Made by a program: the position numbers and the translations under genes. This document shows, one piece after another, positions 1-12,631 of a stretch of DNA of 64,000 nt. Origin of the DNA: Camelus ferus (Eukaryota). Each line of letters begins with the position of its first letter. Position 1 is the stretch's first letter. The stretch is taken from assembly GCF_009834535.1 (NCBI RefSeq), contig NC_045698.1:2730001-2794000 (forward strand), written 5' to 3'. The notes under the pieces were generated by a model. That model worked only from the letters and a program-made list of their open reading frames with translations, was not told the origin of the DNA and did not search any database.

Positions 1-3000
1 CTGTAGAAGATTCCGTATATAAATATAACCCTCATTCTTTGACCAGATGGTCTTTTGAACTGAATAAAACTGTTTTCCCTGTTAGTGACGAAAGTTTTCA
101 ATGCTAAAACTCTATTTTATGCACAATACCTTCCGATTCATATGGCAGGAACGTGAGCTCAGACAGTATTGATGATCCTGATTATCTTGACTCTTGACCT
201 AACGGAAAACTTGGAAGCTATGAATGCACCAACGCCATTTGTGACTCACCTATTGCTCTGGAGTTGGACAGTGCACACCATCACCGGCAGCAAGCCGTGG
301 CTGGAGAAGTCACCGACATTTTCCCTCCCTTGTCTTTCAGCCCAATAACCACGTATGGAATTCCTACCAGCCGTCAGGTTCCATGACAAAGTCCCAGCAA
401 GACCAGGGGCTTGCTTCCTCCGCCTGGACACATGCTCCAGGGTCCTCTCTCTCCTCCTCCTCACTCCCCCACAGCCACCCAGCTCCAGAGAGTCCCTCAT
501 GTCGCTCGTGGTCACCTTTTCCCAGGACCATCTCAGTGTCTCTTAGCCTCACTGATGTGGTTTGGTTTAAAGAGAACTTCTCAGATCAGCAGTTACACCT
601 GACAAGGTTGGCAGAAAGTAGACACAACTACTGTCCGTGATCAAAACCAACTTGTCATGAGTTGAAAACATGCCGTTAGGTTTCTTCTGTGTGAATGTTC
701 CACAGACAAAGTCCTTCACTCAGCTGTGTGCACAGGAGCATTTGTCATGACCGAAAACATTTCAAAACAGATGAGAAATCACTTTGCAGGAACGGCTTCG
801 TTTCTATGGACAGATGCCATTGCTTCTGCATTCGAGCTGTCATGTATTACGTTCCTATTAGTGAATAGCATCAGCCTTTCACTCAGCCCGTGCTGTTTTG
901 GATTTGTTTTTGTTTTTTAATTCCAATTCTCACTACATAATTAGAAATGATGGCTTTAAGATCTCAGTCTCCAACATTTCTCACCCCACACACTGCAGCT
1001 GGGGACCCTGACACCTTGGCGGTCACAGTTTGGCGACAGTGACAGTGACACATGCATTCTCAGTGATTTCCTCACCTTCTTCTGCCCCAAGTCCTGCCCA
1101 GAATGTAGAAGTTTCTGCTTCTACATTCTGAGAATGGTAAGTTGGCACTTACTACAGGATCTGAGCGGTTTTGAATGTTACCCAAAGAAATGACAAGTCT
1201 ACCCAAAACCTAATCCACTTTTGCTCATGAATGACCTGTCTGGGCTTCCAAGCCACCACCGTGGACCAGATTTTTGTCACTTCTTCCTTACCATCTTTAG
1301 CTTAGTCAGCTTGTGGGTATGACTCTGTTCACTGATCCATTTCTTCTGGATATAACAGCAGCCACTCCAGCAGCAGTGAGGGCCATGGTTTGCATGTGAG
1401 GGGCCCAGAGTTTTGCAGCCTCTCGTCCAGAGTTCATGTCCCTCCTGGCAGACAGCATCATCACCACCCTTATCTCAGAGGCCAGCGATAAATATTCGGT
1501 GTGGCCTCGTCTGATTAGGCACATCCAGTCTTCAGAGAAGATTGAGAATGGAGCTCAAGAAAGAAAGCATTGTTATTTTCCACCACTTTGTCTAATACAT
1601 TTTAAGTGGCTGATTCTCCCCAGTCGTGTGACCTTCAGTGGGGATGGCCCATCCATCATGCTCTGAACTTTTCATCCTGTCCCACACTCATTTCATCTTT
1701 GCTAGGCAAGATGTCCAGAGTCCTGTTTACGACTCACAAGGGAGCCTCCGTCTGTGTAGCTCATGCGACACCCAGGTGCAGGGGGACGGAGAACAAGCCC
1801 AGCGCCTCCGAAGTCAAGGGCACATGGTCATCGAGAAAATGCGTCTACCATTTTGCCCGTCATCATCTTGGGCAATGAAAATTATCTCCTTTCAAGAGAA
1901 ACCAACTAATGTATCTGTGATAGTGAATTTCTAGTAGGAATCTGAGAAATGTCCTTAACATTGTATAGGATTTGCATACATCAGTAGCATAGAGTGAAAT
2001 TCAACCTGAGAATTTTATTTGGTGTAGTATAAAGCCTGGTTTGTGAACACTGGCTACCAACTCTTCCGAGTTTCCAAGTAGAGAGGAGACTCCTCCAGGG
2101 TCTTGCTGCTGGAATCTTTGAGTAAATTCCTGCAGCTCCATCCTGTCTTCTATGAGCAAGAATTAAACACATCTAGTAACAGACAAAGAAGTAAACAAAC
2201 ACAAATGTTTACCAAATGCCAGATTAAAATAAATGTTCGAATCTCTCACCATTCTTAAGAAATGAATTACTGCCTTGAAAATGCAATTTTCTGATGGTCT
2301 GAGTATAAAAGGCAGGTGTTCAAATGCTCAGCCCAAAGCTTGGCATTGGGGGTGGCCATTCCCTGAGAGAACGTGGTGCTCTGTGGATTACTTGGTCTTG
2401 TCTGTTGCACTTTATAAGTGGAGTAAAATTGCTCTAGATCAGATTCCTCTTTCTTCATCTTATTGCAAAAATATGGATAGAAAATGTACCTGGAAGGGTA
2501 TATACAATCTTGTTTAAGATAGTTGTCACAGGGTGGGAAAATGATGTGCAATTTCTAACTCTTTGTTAAATGTTTCTGTATGCAAATGAAAGTACACGTA
2601 GCTGGTAAAACTCGAAGGTGCGGTTAACACAGAACTTTGCATCGCATGTCCATTAACCGATTTTTAGTGCCGATATTTGGGGGGGTTAGGCTGAGCTCTT
2701 TCCGCAAAGTTCAGTCACGTGTGACCACATACAATACCTGTGGGCGAGTGAATGTCAATTGCCTCACGAATAGCCCAGTTTCATGCATTAAGAAAGAAGC
2801 AAGGAGCACATTTTCACATGGAATCTAGAGAGAACAGAAATGACAAAGTGAAGAAAATCAAGGAGAATGCATTTGACTAAGTTCTTCTGAGGACAGCATC
2901 TTCTCTGAATTTCAAGCAAGTGGTAGCTGTGGAGAGATGCAGCTATAACTGGAAGTGTGGCACACTGGAGCACGTGGGGTAGCTGGCCTGGCCTGTCTCA

Positions 3001-4759
3001 GCCACACAGGGTGAGAGCGGGGCGTCCGGAGAGGGGGCAGCCCGTGCTGGAGCCCTGAGATGGGCGGAGCTTGGGATGAGAGATCCGAACACCAAAGTAG
3101 CTTGACACAGTGAGGACTGGCGGAGAGAAAGGAGGTGAGGCCAGCGAGGTGAGCAGGCCACGCCATCAGAGGCTTTCCTTGACACAACGGAAGTTTCTAT
3201 TTTATCCTAAAAAAGGGTTAAAAAGGAGAAGACACAAATTCTCCCGCTGTCAGAGAAGTCCCTGTAACTTGTGTACACACTCTGCTCTCAGGAGGTGGAA
3301 CAGGGGTCCCCACTCCCTAAGAAGGGGCTACGCTCTGTGTCTCATTTCCAAAGAGTACAGCATGAGAAGGGAGAACTTGACAGAGACTCGACAGACGCGA
3401 CCGACCTCAGCCCAGCCGTCAAGGTCGACGCCAGCCGGGAGAAGTCACGGTGAGAGCGTGGACGCCTGATAGACTGCGATGAGAGGGCACTTTACCTCTG
3501 TGGCCCAAAGCCCATAACCCCAGACTAATCAGGAGAAAAACATCAGACAAATCCCAGCTGAGAGGGCTCCGTGAAGCACACGACCGGCACTCCTCCCAGC
3601 TGTCAAGGTCACTGATGGCTCGGAAACCCTGAAACCAGTCACGGCCAAGGAGGGCCTGAGGGGGCGTGATGCCCAAATGGAACCCTATGCGATGTGAAGA
3701 AATGCACTTTTTACAGTTTCTCCTATTTAATTAAAATGGAAGCGGTATTTTAACAAAAGCATATATGCCCTTTGGTCACAAAGAGCGCTGGGAAGTATAA
3801 TCCAGGATTCCGAGGGGGCAGCTGTGGGTGGGAACCGAGAGACCCCACAGCTGCTCCTGGACCAGGACGCTCCCATCTGTCCTGATGGAAAGCTTTCTGT
3901 GGTTCTGGCCTGGGTGTCTGGGGGCCCCACTCCACCACCATCATGGGGACGAGTGGGCGCAGATGTTCCTCTCCATTCAGCCATCCTCCCAGTGCTTTGA
4001 AGCAAACTTTTCTTCCAGGGGCAAAGTGGGCTCCTGGGATAAAAGTAGAATCCAGGAGAATTGCAAGAGCCTTAGATGCCCACTTGTGTAAACAGGCCCC
4101 TCAGAGAAGGGCTCTCTGAGTCCCCCAGGCCCTCAGCAGGAGTTTGTCAGGATGCTCCCGACACCTGCAGTACGACCTCCCTCCATCCTGGCAGATAAGC
4201 TTCACGCCTAAACCCTCAATGAGCAGCTGTGGCACCTCATTGTGCCCTTTCCAGTGAGGACACCAGGAAGGTCATCAAATGGTGTCGTTTGCTGCACGGA
4301 TTTCAGGATGGCATGTGAGCTCAGACGTGTCAGACTCCAGACCCACAGTTTTAAAAGCTACACTGCCCTGCCCCCTCTCGCCGAAAAGGAATCCTGTCTC
4401 TGGGACTTGGCGGTGCTCTTGGGTTTCTGTCAATTTAAATTTAACTTTGTTCTGGCTTCTAAAGTACTCAGACAGACACTTGCCAGATGGGCAATAGAAA
4501 AATAAAAGCAGAACTAGCTAGGAAACTGTGATAGGTCCCTTTGTGGAAGGAGGACTGTAATCTTTTATTTATTAAGATGTTATGTTAAATATTTGAAGAG
4601 ATCAACATTTAATTTAAAAAAAATCTGTTGAGTTTGAAATGAGCTCCTGGATTATGGATAGCTAATGAAATAACAGCAGAACGTCTACTGTATCTTCTGG
4701 ATGGAGTAATTCTTTACCTATTTGTTGTAAAACTTGGTTTCGCAGAAATTTAGATGCAG

Positions 4760-5160
4760 TAAACTGAGTGTCATCCATTTTTATCTCCTCCCTTAGAGAA
4801 GGAGAGTCTGACTTCTCAGCTCTTGACTCTGAAGGTATGTCACCATGCCTGCCAGCACGGGCAGCAGGAGTCCTTGAAGCTTTTAGCCTTGAAACCAGGT
4901 CACCATGTAAAGAAGGCCTGGCTGTCTTTCCGGAGACTCACGAGCTGTCAGCAGTCACACCAGCCCTCAACAGGGGAGTGAAGCATCGTGACGTCTAGGC
5001 TCAGGTGAGCCACCAGCTGTGAGACCCCGGCTGACATCGGATGACAAATTTTCCAGCAAATCCCACCCCAGATTTCTAACCTAGAAACCCCTACGCAGAT
5101 AAAACGGTTGTTTTTAACTAAATTTTTTTAAGTGTCACAGAACAATGGGTAGCTGATGCA
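4760..5160 (+). mobile_element. Old MaLR LTR (MLT1-type) fragment
   Basis: Resembles the MLT1 3' half (CCCAGATTTCTAACCTAGAAAC...GTTGTTTTTAA...CAATGGGTAGCTGATGCA). Recognised from recalled consensus; boundaries approximate. Confidence 0.6.
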
Positions 5161-5639
5161 CAAAGGAGCCATGATATGACAGAAGGTCTGCATTTGTAAG
5201 TTGTGATCATTGATGGAGCTGTACAGTAGGAGAAAGATGTCCAGGTTGGCAGTGACTTTAGCCTTTAATAGCAGGACAGTCTTGCACATCTTTTATTCTT
5301 ATGCCTTCTTTCTTCATTAACACGTGGGAATCATACAGATGGAATGATCACCGTGGTTTAAGTTTTGTTACGTTCCTTCTGCAGTAAGAGCCATGAAAAA
5401 GTCTCCAGTCTTGAATCTGGCCATGTCAGAGGGGTCGGGGTGGACCCTTTGAAGTTATCTGAGGACAGTTCAAATCACGTGACTTCATAGGGTGGTGGCC
5501 TCTTCAAGACAGGTGAGTGGCGTCCCCCAAGGTACCTGAGAATGGTGGGCAGGGTCTCCTGATTTGAGAACGAGGAGTTTGGGAATTTTTCAAACTTTAG
5601 AAGAAATACTTCCCAAAGCAACAACAGCAACTGTCAGAG

Positions 5640-6830
5640 AGAGGAGCGCAGTTACGGACTCTGGGTCAGGAGACGGCGGGTGTGAGAACCGCTCCCGACT
5701 CCACGTGGCTGAGGCCGTTTGCTGCTCCTGGACCCCGGGCGCCTGTGACGTGGGGCCTTGAGTGAAAGGCCTGTGCTCGGTGCTGCCTGGGCCGCTGGCA
5801 GCCCTGCCACGGCCCTTCTTGCCACAAAACCCTTCCTCGGTGGGTAAGGTTCCCAGCAGAGCATCCACCAGGAGCACTTCCTGTCTATCCTTGAGCTGTG
5901 GTGCCCGCTCCCTGCCAGCCCGCAGGACTGTCCACACCAGCCGATCGCGGGGACACGTCGCCCCCTTGTTACTGCCAAGCCTGCCTCCTGCAGCTCTTCT
6001 TGCTTCCCTGTCCCGAGCGCAGGCTCGGTGCAGCCCTGCCTGGCGTGCAGTCTCCTTCTCCGGGCGGCAAACTGCTGCCAGCCTCCTCCGTTCCCATTCC
6101 TCCAGGGCGTGCATCCTTCCCTCACAAGTGAGGCAAAGGAAAGGTGATAAACCAGAGCCCAAACTGCGGGATGAAGAGAGGACTCCCTTCCCCTCCAGGT
6201 CCCCGTGTGGCCTGAGCAGCCGCGGGGTCAGCAAGACGCCCTGGGGAACGGGCCTCCCGCCGCTGAGCCGAGACCCGGGGCTGCTGGCACACGCAGCTGC
6301 TCACCTGACGCAGAGGCGGCGGGCGCCAGTCAGAGCCTGGTGCCACCCTTGCTGGAGTCTAGATATGAAGAAAGGCCTTCCTCTGGACTGTGTAAATTCT
6401 CTGGGATCTTGGACAGTTTGGGGTGAAGGATGCGACTGAGTTAACTGATTGATTGCATCTGAAATCTATGAACGTATTTGCCCCCGAACTCCAGACTGGT
6501 TACAGTGATCACTGCTCGACTGCCCTCACAACTCTGAGAGAAAATCACTTCCAGACCACGAATGTAATGAGAAGCTGTTTTTAGAAAATGGAGTTAAACT
6601 GGTCTGTGTGCCTTTAGTCAGGCTTTGCACCTGTCCTCCGGGAGCCCCCAGCGACCCCGACATCTGCACCATTCTCTCGGCCCTCCCGGACTTCCTGTAT
6701 GGGCGCACAGTAAAAGCCTGTAGAAGAACGACAGCGAGTGAGAGCAGAGGTCGCTTGCTTCCGGGGTGGGGCAGCTGCTCCACGCCGACAGCGGCCAGCG
6801 CTGGGCCTAGACGAGCTCTTCGCAGCTGTG
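5640..6830. other. GC/CpG-rich block (weak CpG-island-like)
   Basis: Visibly high GC content and many CpG dinucleotides. Overlapping long ORFs on both strands have no recognisable homology. Confidence 0.45.
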
Positions 6831-6939
6831 TCTGAGTTCTTGACGTCCCCTTAAGTGAGGCCGTCCCTTTCCTCTGTGCTCTACCAGAGGGAGACAGCTG
6901 GGGCTATCTGCCTCCCCTTTGAGGATTCGCTTCTCTACA

Positions 6940-7160
6940 GGATTCTGTTTCCTTAGCTGCCTTGTGGCACCATCTCCCTTATGACCTAAATAAAGTTAGG
7001 ACTTTGTAGGTTAAGTGTCTTCTCCTCACTAGGGTGGAAGCGAAGCTCTGTGCGCCTTTCTACATTATGAGTGGGAGCCAAAGTCCAGCCCCGATGCTGA
7101 TTGGCTGCTGTGTCCCTAGCTCTTAGGCAGTGCCTGGTGCAAAGCAAACCATGATCAAGG
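6940..7160 (+). mobile_element. L2 3' end remnant
   Basis: GTGTCCCTAGCTCTTAGGCAGTGCCTGGTGCAAAG resembles the L2 3' terminus. Confidence 0.5.
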
Positions 7161-8505
7161 AAGCGATGGAAAAAAAGACATTTTATGTAAACACACTGTC
7201 ACTCAGCTCTCTTATTTGATTATTTAGAAATTTAATATTAGGAATACTCGGATATTTGGGAGAATAAATGCCAGTATGACGTACACGCTGGACCTTTACC
7301 TTGTACTTAACGGAAGAGCCCACCTTTAACCTTCGTTCTGAACAAAAGGTAAAGGAGATACAGAGTGAAGCGGAAAACGGACTCGCTGAGCTGAGAGCAT
7401 TAGGGAGGAGGTCCCACGAGGCTCTCTCTCTGCCAAGGGTTTGTGCGCAATGACTCTCACGTCCTTCCCAATCAGGAAAGTCTACCAGGTTCAAAGATGT
7501 CTAGGCAGTCCCACCAGCGTTCCCACAGAACGGGCGGAGGCGACAGAGTGGCGGGAACGCGCCAGTTGCGCGGCGGAAGAAGAAAAATTACTCACAAGCT
7601 GGATAAAATTATCTAATTTTTCATAAGCAGATGAGGACTTGTACAATTACCATCAAGACCACACAACTGGCATTCATTAAAATCCGTTGTTCTGTTCACA
7701 CTTTAAAATAATACCTCAAGATTTACTCATTTGTTTTGTACATATTGCAGCAACATAGGTCCGCATGGACGCCACTGGTACCAATGCAGGCGTCATGTGC
7801 GATGTAGACTTTGCTCTGTGAACCTGGCTCTGTGATTCAGCCTTAATTAGGCCTTCTCTCCTGTGGTTAACATTTCTCTTTTCTTCCCCTTTTATTTGCT
7901 CTCACATACCAACGTCCAGAGAGAACATATTTAAGATGTGATCTCCAAAATATTTAAATTGCTGAAAATTCTTAATGTATAATGGGTGATTTTTAAAGTA
8001 TAAGCTTTAAAGAGACAAGGGCACAAAATATTTATTTACCAATGGATCATATTAAAAAATTCCTTAGTTAACACAATGCCTTTGATCTCAGAAGCACAGC
8101 GTCATAAAGAACTTTTATACCTGAGATCTCTCCTCTATCACTTGGAAGGTATTTGCAGTCCATGTTTTACACCAGGAGTGCAGCACGCCTACTAACACGT
8201 ATAAATGCGGCATGCAGTATAGAGCAGGTGTTTTTTTCCCTTTTGATGAATCCACGATGAGGGCAGACTGCACAAGACTTTAGTCCAAGGAGCATTGGTC
8301 TTGGGAACAGGACACTCATAGTCAAGGTCAAGTCTGGGCACTGCCCTCTACCTGCTGCAGAACCATTTCATATTTCACCACAGTTACCTCCCCCATCCAC
8401 TCCACCAGGGAGGGCCACCGCGAGTGTTGGGAGACGCAATGGGGGCTGAGCACCATTTGTGGATTGTTATGCAATTTGGGGCAAATGTTATTAAAATAAA
8501 AACAA

Positions 8506-8705
8506 ACAGTACATGTATTCAATATCTTGTAATAACATTTAATGAAGAAGAGTATGAAAATGAATATATGTATATATATATGCATGACTCGGACATGATG
8601 CTGTACACCAGAAATTGACACTGACTATACTTCAGTATAAAACAAATTGACACAACATTGTAAACTGACTATAACTCAATAAAAAAAAAATCTCAAAAAA
8701 AAAAA
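8506..8705 (+). mobile_element. Lineage-specific L1 3' end with poly(A) and doubled terminus
   Basis: TATTCAATATCTTGTAATAA...GCTGTACACCAGAAATTGACAC...CTGACTATAACTCAATAAAAAAAAAA is a typical cetartiodactyl/camelid L1 3' UTR end. Confidence 0.85.
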
Positions 8706-11700
8706 GAGAGAAATCTGTAGTGAGTTAAAAAGAGGGTTTTCTCTTGGCATGAGTTTATCAAAAAGACTACAAAATAAGTTTCCTTTCAGAGTTTTGAAAT
8801 GACAGCAACATCCCATTTTTTATGAACATGTCTGACTGGTTAAAAACAAAATTAAAAAATGATTTTTATGTGCCTTCAAGATATTTTTGTAGAAATGATT
8901 TCTTACTTTCATTTACTAATAAAAAAAGTTAGAGCACTAAACAGAAAAACAAAAAAGAAATAAACAAACAAACAAAGAGTACATGGTTGGGAATGAATGT
9001 TCCTTTTTAAAAAGCTCCTTATTACATGGAAGTTCTGAAATAAATGTCTCTTCTTTCCCAGTCCTGTGTTAGAACTCAAGTTCATCCCAGGAGAGGCTGC
9101 CTCATATGCCTGCATCTTCAGACAGAAAGCAATGGTGGTGATTTTCACTTCTTGCCAAGAATGTCTTCTGTGTTACAGTTGTCCTATTACTGCCTATGCG
9201 AATGGTCTGTTTCTCTGTCTCCATTAGTTTTCCCACCTTGGCTGGGTCTGAGCCTCCTCATGGTGACCAATAGCATCCACTGAAAGGGAAGCTAATCTCC
9301 CCGGGGCAATGGCAGTCAAACCCGAACTTCACCCTACTCACAACAGAGGGCCAGGGCAACATGTGGAAGAGAATGAGTAAGGCCACTTTCTTGACTATCT
9401 GCTGACTTTTAATCCTGTTTCAAACTGGGAGAAAAATGTAAGAAGACAATAAATTAAATGAAAAACTAGTTGTTATGAAGCAAAAGCCCTCTGCGTAAGA
9501 GAACTTTATGCTCCAAACAAAGTCCACTTTAAAATTCCATCCTCCGAAAAGACCAATGACAGAATCTGTCACATGTGCTCTCTCCCACTTGCCCTCTCCG
9601 GTCAGTACCTCCGTGTTTTCTGAGTCAGTTTTACTCAACTGATGAATATTCACCGTGGCCCTATTTTATTTCCACTTTTGGGCCTGTCCTGGGACTGCAC
9701 CAACATCTGTTATAAACAATCCTCATGAGAAGGCCTTGTATGTGAACATCTGACTGAGCTCAAAGAAAAGGAAGAAGAAACACAGAGAAGTTCACTCATT
9801 TGCAGCCCTGATCCCCACTGGGGGCTGGGGTGCCATGATTTTCTCAGCATTCGTGGGGAGGGAAGAAAATGTATCCTTAAAAGGTATATTTCTAGGAAAA
9901 TCACAGTCCTTGTAGACAGTTTTACCAACTACGTTGTGATTAACGGTAGCTGCCCATTTAAGAGCACAAAGTTGTCATGCGTGATTATCATAAACGGCTT
10001 CACAGCATGTTGTGGGTGTTGCACTGTCTCTAGTTAATCACTGGAGCCCCCTCTGCATTTTAGCAAATAGTTTATTGTCTCCCCTCTGGCCTTATGTCTT
10101 CCCTGGATTTCTAAGGTCTCTGGGGGTTTATGCAAACACCCAGGAAAGTCAACTGTTCACAATCAGAAAGACAACACTGGGTACCGCTAGCACATCTATG
10201 ATCTTGACTCTTCATGCCTCTGATAGCGCTCATAAAAGGAGGCTCGAAGCAAACTGAGGTGCAGCTATCCTGAAGGAAGATCAGTCTTTCTCCAACCTGG
10301 TTAAATTGAATGGACACACAATTGGCCCAGGCTTGGGCCTCGATGGCTCCATTTTTAGTGACATTTCCAGCTCACTGTCCATCCAAGAACCTGGACTAAA
10401 CATGGGACCAGACACTGGTTACACCTGGGTCTTGGGCGAGCACTTCCTTCTCCACTGTGGAGAGCCGTGCCCTGGGGATCTCAAACAACTGTAATACTTT
10501 AATCCGCAGAACGCAAAATAGAGGGTTATACCCTCTTTCCCCAGACAGTGGGCTACCGGCCAGTGCTTGCGTGAGAAACTGTGCTGGGAGAATCCACTAG
10601 CCCCTAAGCTTTCCCTCCTGAATGAGAGAAATGAGAGACTCCCAAGTGACTTCTTCAGAACATGGTTTCCCAGTTGTATCCCCTGATGTTTCAATAATTA
10701 CTAAGAGTTTAAGCACCATGCTTATGAGAGAAGGAAAAACAATCCCATATGTCTTAAGCACAGGGGGAGGACAGGGCCACACAGAGTTAACACAGAGAGC
10801 TCGGGTGTGCCTGCAACTGTCTCAGGCGTTGGCGAACAGTTATTGGGTAGGAGTGGCCAGCTGCAAGCTTGGTGTGATAAGATATTCCACAAGATGGAAG
10901 AAAAAGGTCCCAGTGCTAGCCTTACTCGAGAGCCTGAGCGAGGTCTTGAGGCAAAGATGTCATTATAGTTTCTTTCATTTCCTCTTTGTCAAAGAAAATG
11001 CTAGATGTGGCACCAACCAACTCTGGAGAGTTTATTATGAGCATTTCTTCCCATCTTCCCAATTCTGCATGGTGCTGACATGTCAGTAGCTGGAACCTGA
11101 CTCTGGAGGGAACATGTATTTTAGAGAAATCAGCAAACACTAAGAATCAGGGTGTCTTTTCTTATTTTCCAGGAGCAGGTAATGAAGCATTCCCAGCTGG
11201 TTCTTCCCTGATCAGCAAAGATGACTTAGAGCTACACTGATTGAGCAAATGCATGTGAAAGAGGGGGTAAAATCAGAGATTTGAAAACTAAGTCTCTCTA
11301 TCAGATATCAGAACTGTAGCAGGATTGAAACTTTTACAGTTAAAGTTGGAAGACCCCATACTAATGTAATTCGATACAAAGAAAATCCAAGGATACTGAA
11401 TTCTCTACAATTACTTTAATATAAAGAGATCATGTCACAGTACTATTCTCAAAATAACATTTTTAAAGGACAGTTTCAGGCATAACAAGCACTTGTTTTT
11501 TTTTAAAGCAAAATTTCTAGCTGTCTCTGAACATATAGCTGACACTAAATAGAATTTCTAAATAGGAAACTATCTTTGATGAGTTAAATATCAACTATTT
11601 GATGATGTTATTAAGTTAAATTGCTCATGTATTACTTTTAGTAAATTGTAAGAAATTAAGGGTAAAATTATTAAAAACAAAAAAATCTAGGATTTTTGTA

Positions 11701-12379
11701 TTCATAAATATATGGAATATAAATGACTAAAAATAACTCTTCAATAGAAGGAACAGGTATTATTTTGCAATAACATAGCATGTAACAGATATTAAAGCTG
11801 CCTTTCTGCACTGGATCACAATCTTCCCCAGATCCCAGTGGAGAAACGATCATACTACAGGGAAAACTGAATTCAAAAGAGTATGAATTTACTAAGGACA
11901 CCAGGTAGCATAATTTAGTATAAAATCGATCTCTTCAGAACTCCATCATGAACAGAGCAAAATAATAATAAAGCGTCTGTGAGATAATTTGAGATCAACT
12001 CAAAAATCTATTTTATGCTACCAGTGAATAAAATATTTTAGTACTGTAATAGACAAAGCTTTCTTTACTCATCCAGATACAGAAAAGAAATAGGGAATGT
12101 TACAGTAAAAATACCGGCTGAACTGTCTCCTCATGGAATATTTCTTTTGGCTTAAATTCAATACTTTAATAAAAATTTCCCTTGGATTTAGATTTGTAAA
12201 TACTTTAACAAGAAACTATTATAGCATAGGTGCTCGAATTTGTAAAATTGTATAGACAGGCTTTCATGTGCTGAGAAATGTTATAACTAAAATCTAGTTA
12301 TATATTCGTTACACTATGGAAATGTCTTGAAAATTAGTTACATATAAAATTAAGAATTCACTGCCATCAATGGATTACA

Positions 12380-12630
12380 GTAGAATGAAAGAGAAGATAA
12401 AAGGCTTATTTTGGGGAAGGTATCAATTGTATGCTAATGATTTTGAAGATTTAGATTAATGGATTGACTGTTATGAAATTGATAAACTTCTACAACTTAT
12501 AAATTATTATTATTATAATAATAATTTATAAGCTTCTCAAAATTATAAACTGATCAAGACAAAGCAGCATTCTTAAAATGTAGCATAACTATTAAATAAA
12601 TTTAAATGATGCTTAAAAATCTTCACCAAC
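12380..12630 (+). mobile_element. Very old L1 ORF2 remnant (L1ME-like)
   Basis: Degenerate match to L1 ORF2 linker DNA (CAATTGTATGCTAATGATTTTGAAGATTTAGATTAATGGA; ATAACTATTAAATAAATTTAAATGATGCTTAAAAATCTTC). Confidence 0.5.
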
Positions 12631-12631
12631 A

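Noticed and set aside
1300..1900. Possible retroviral internal remnant or pseudogene
   Set aside because: No gag/pol/env or cellular protein motif recognisable in the frames I read.
5590..6439. Overlapping 214-aa (-) and 225-aa (+) ORFs
   Set aside because: Non-ATG starts, low-complexity R/A/G/P/S composition and no recognisable domain; expected by chance in GC-rich DNA.
10260..11090. ORFs 10306-10494 and 10622-11089 as a processed pseudogene
   Set aside because: No recognisable protein similarity, poly(A) tail or target-site duplication.
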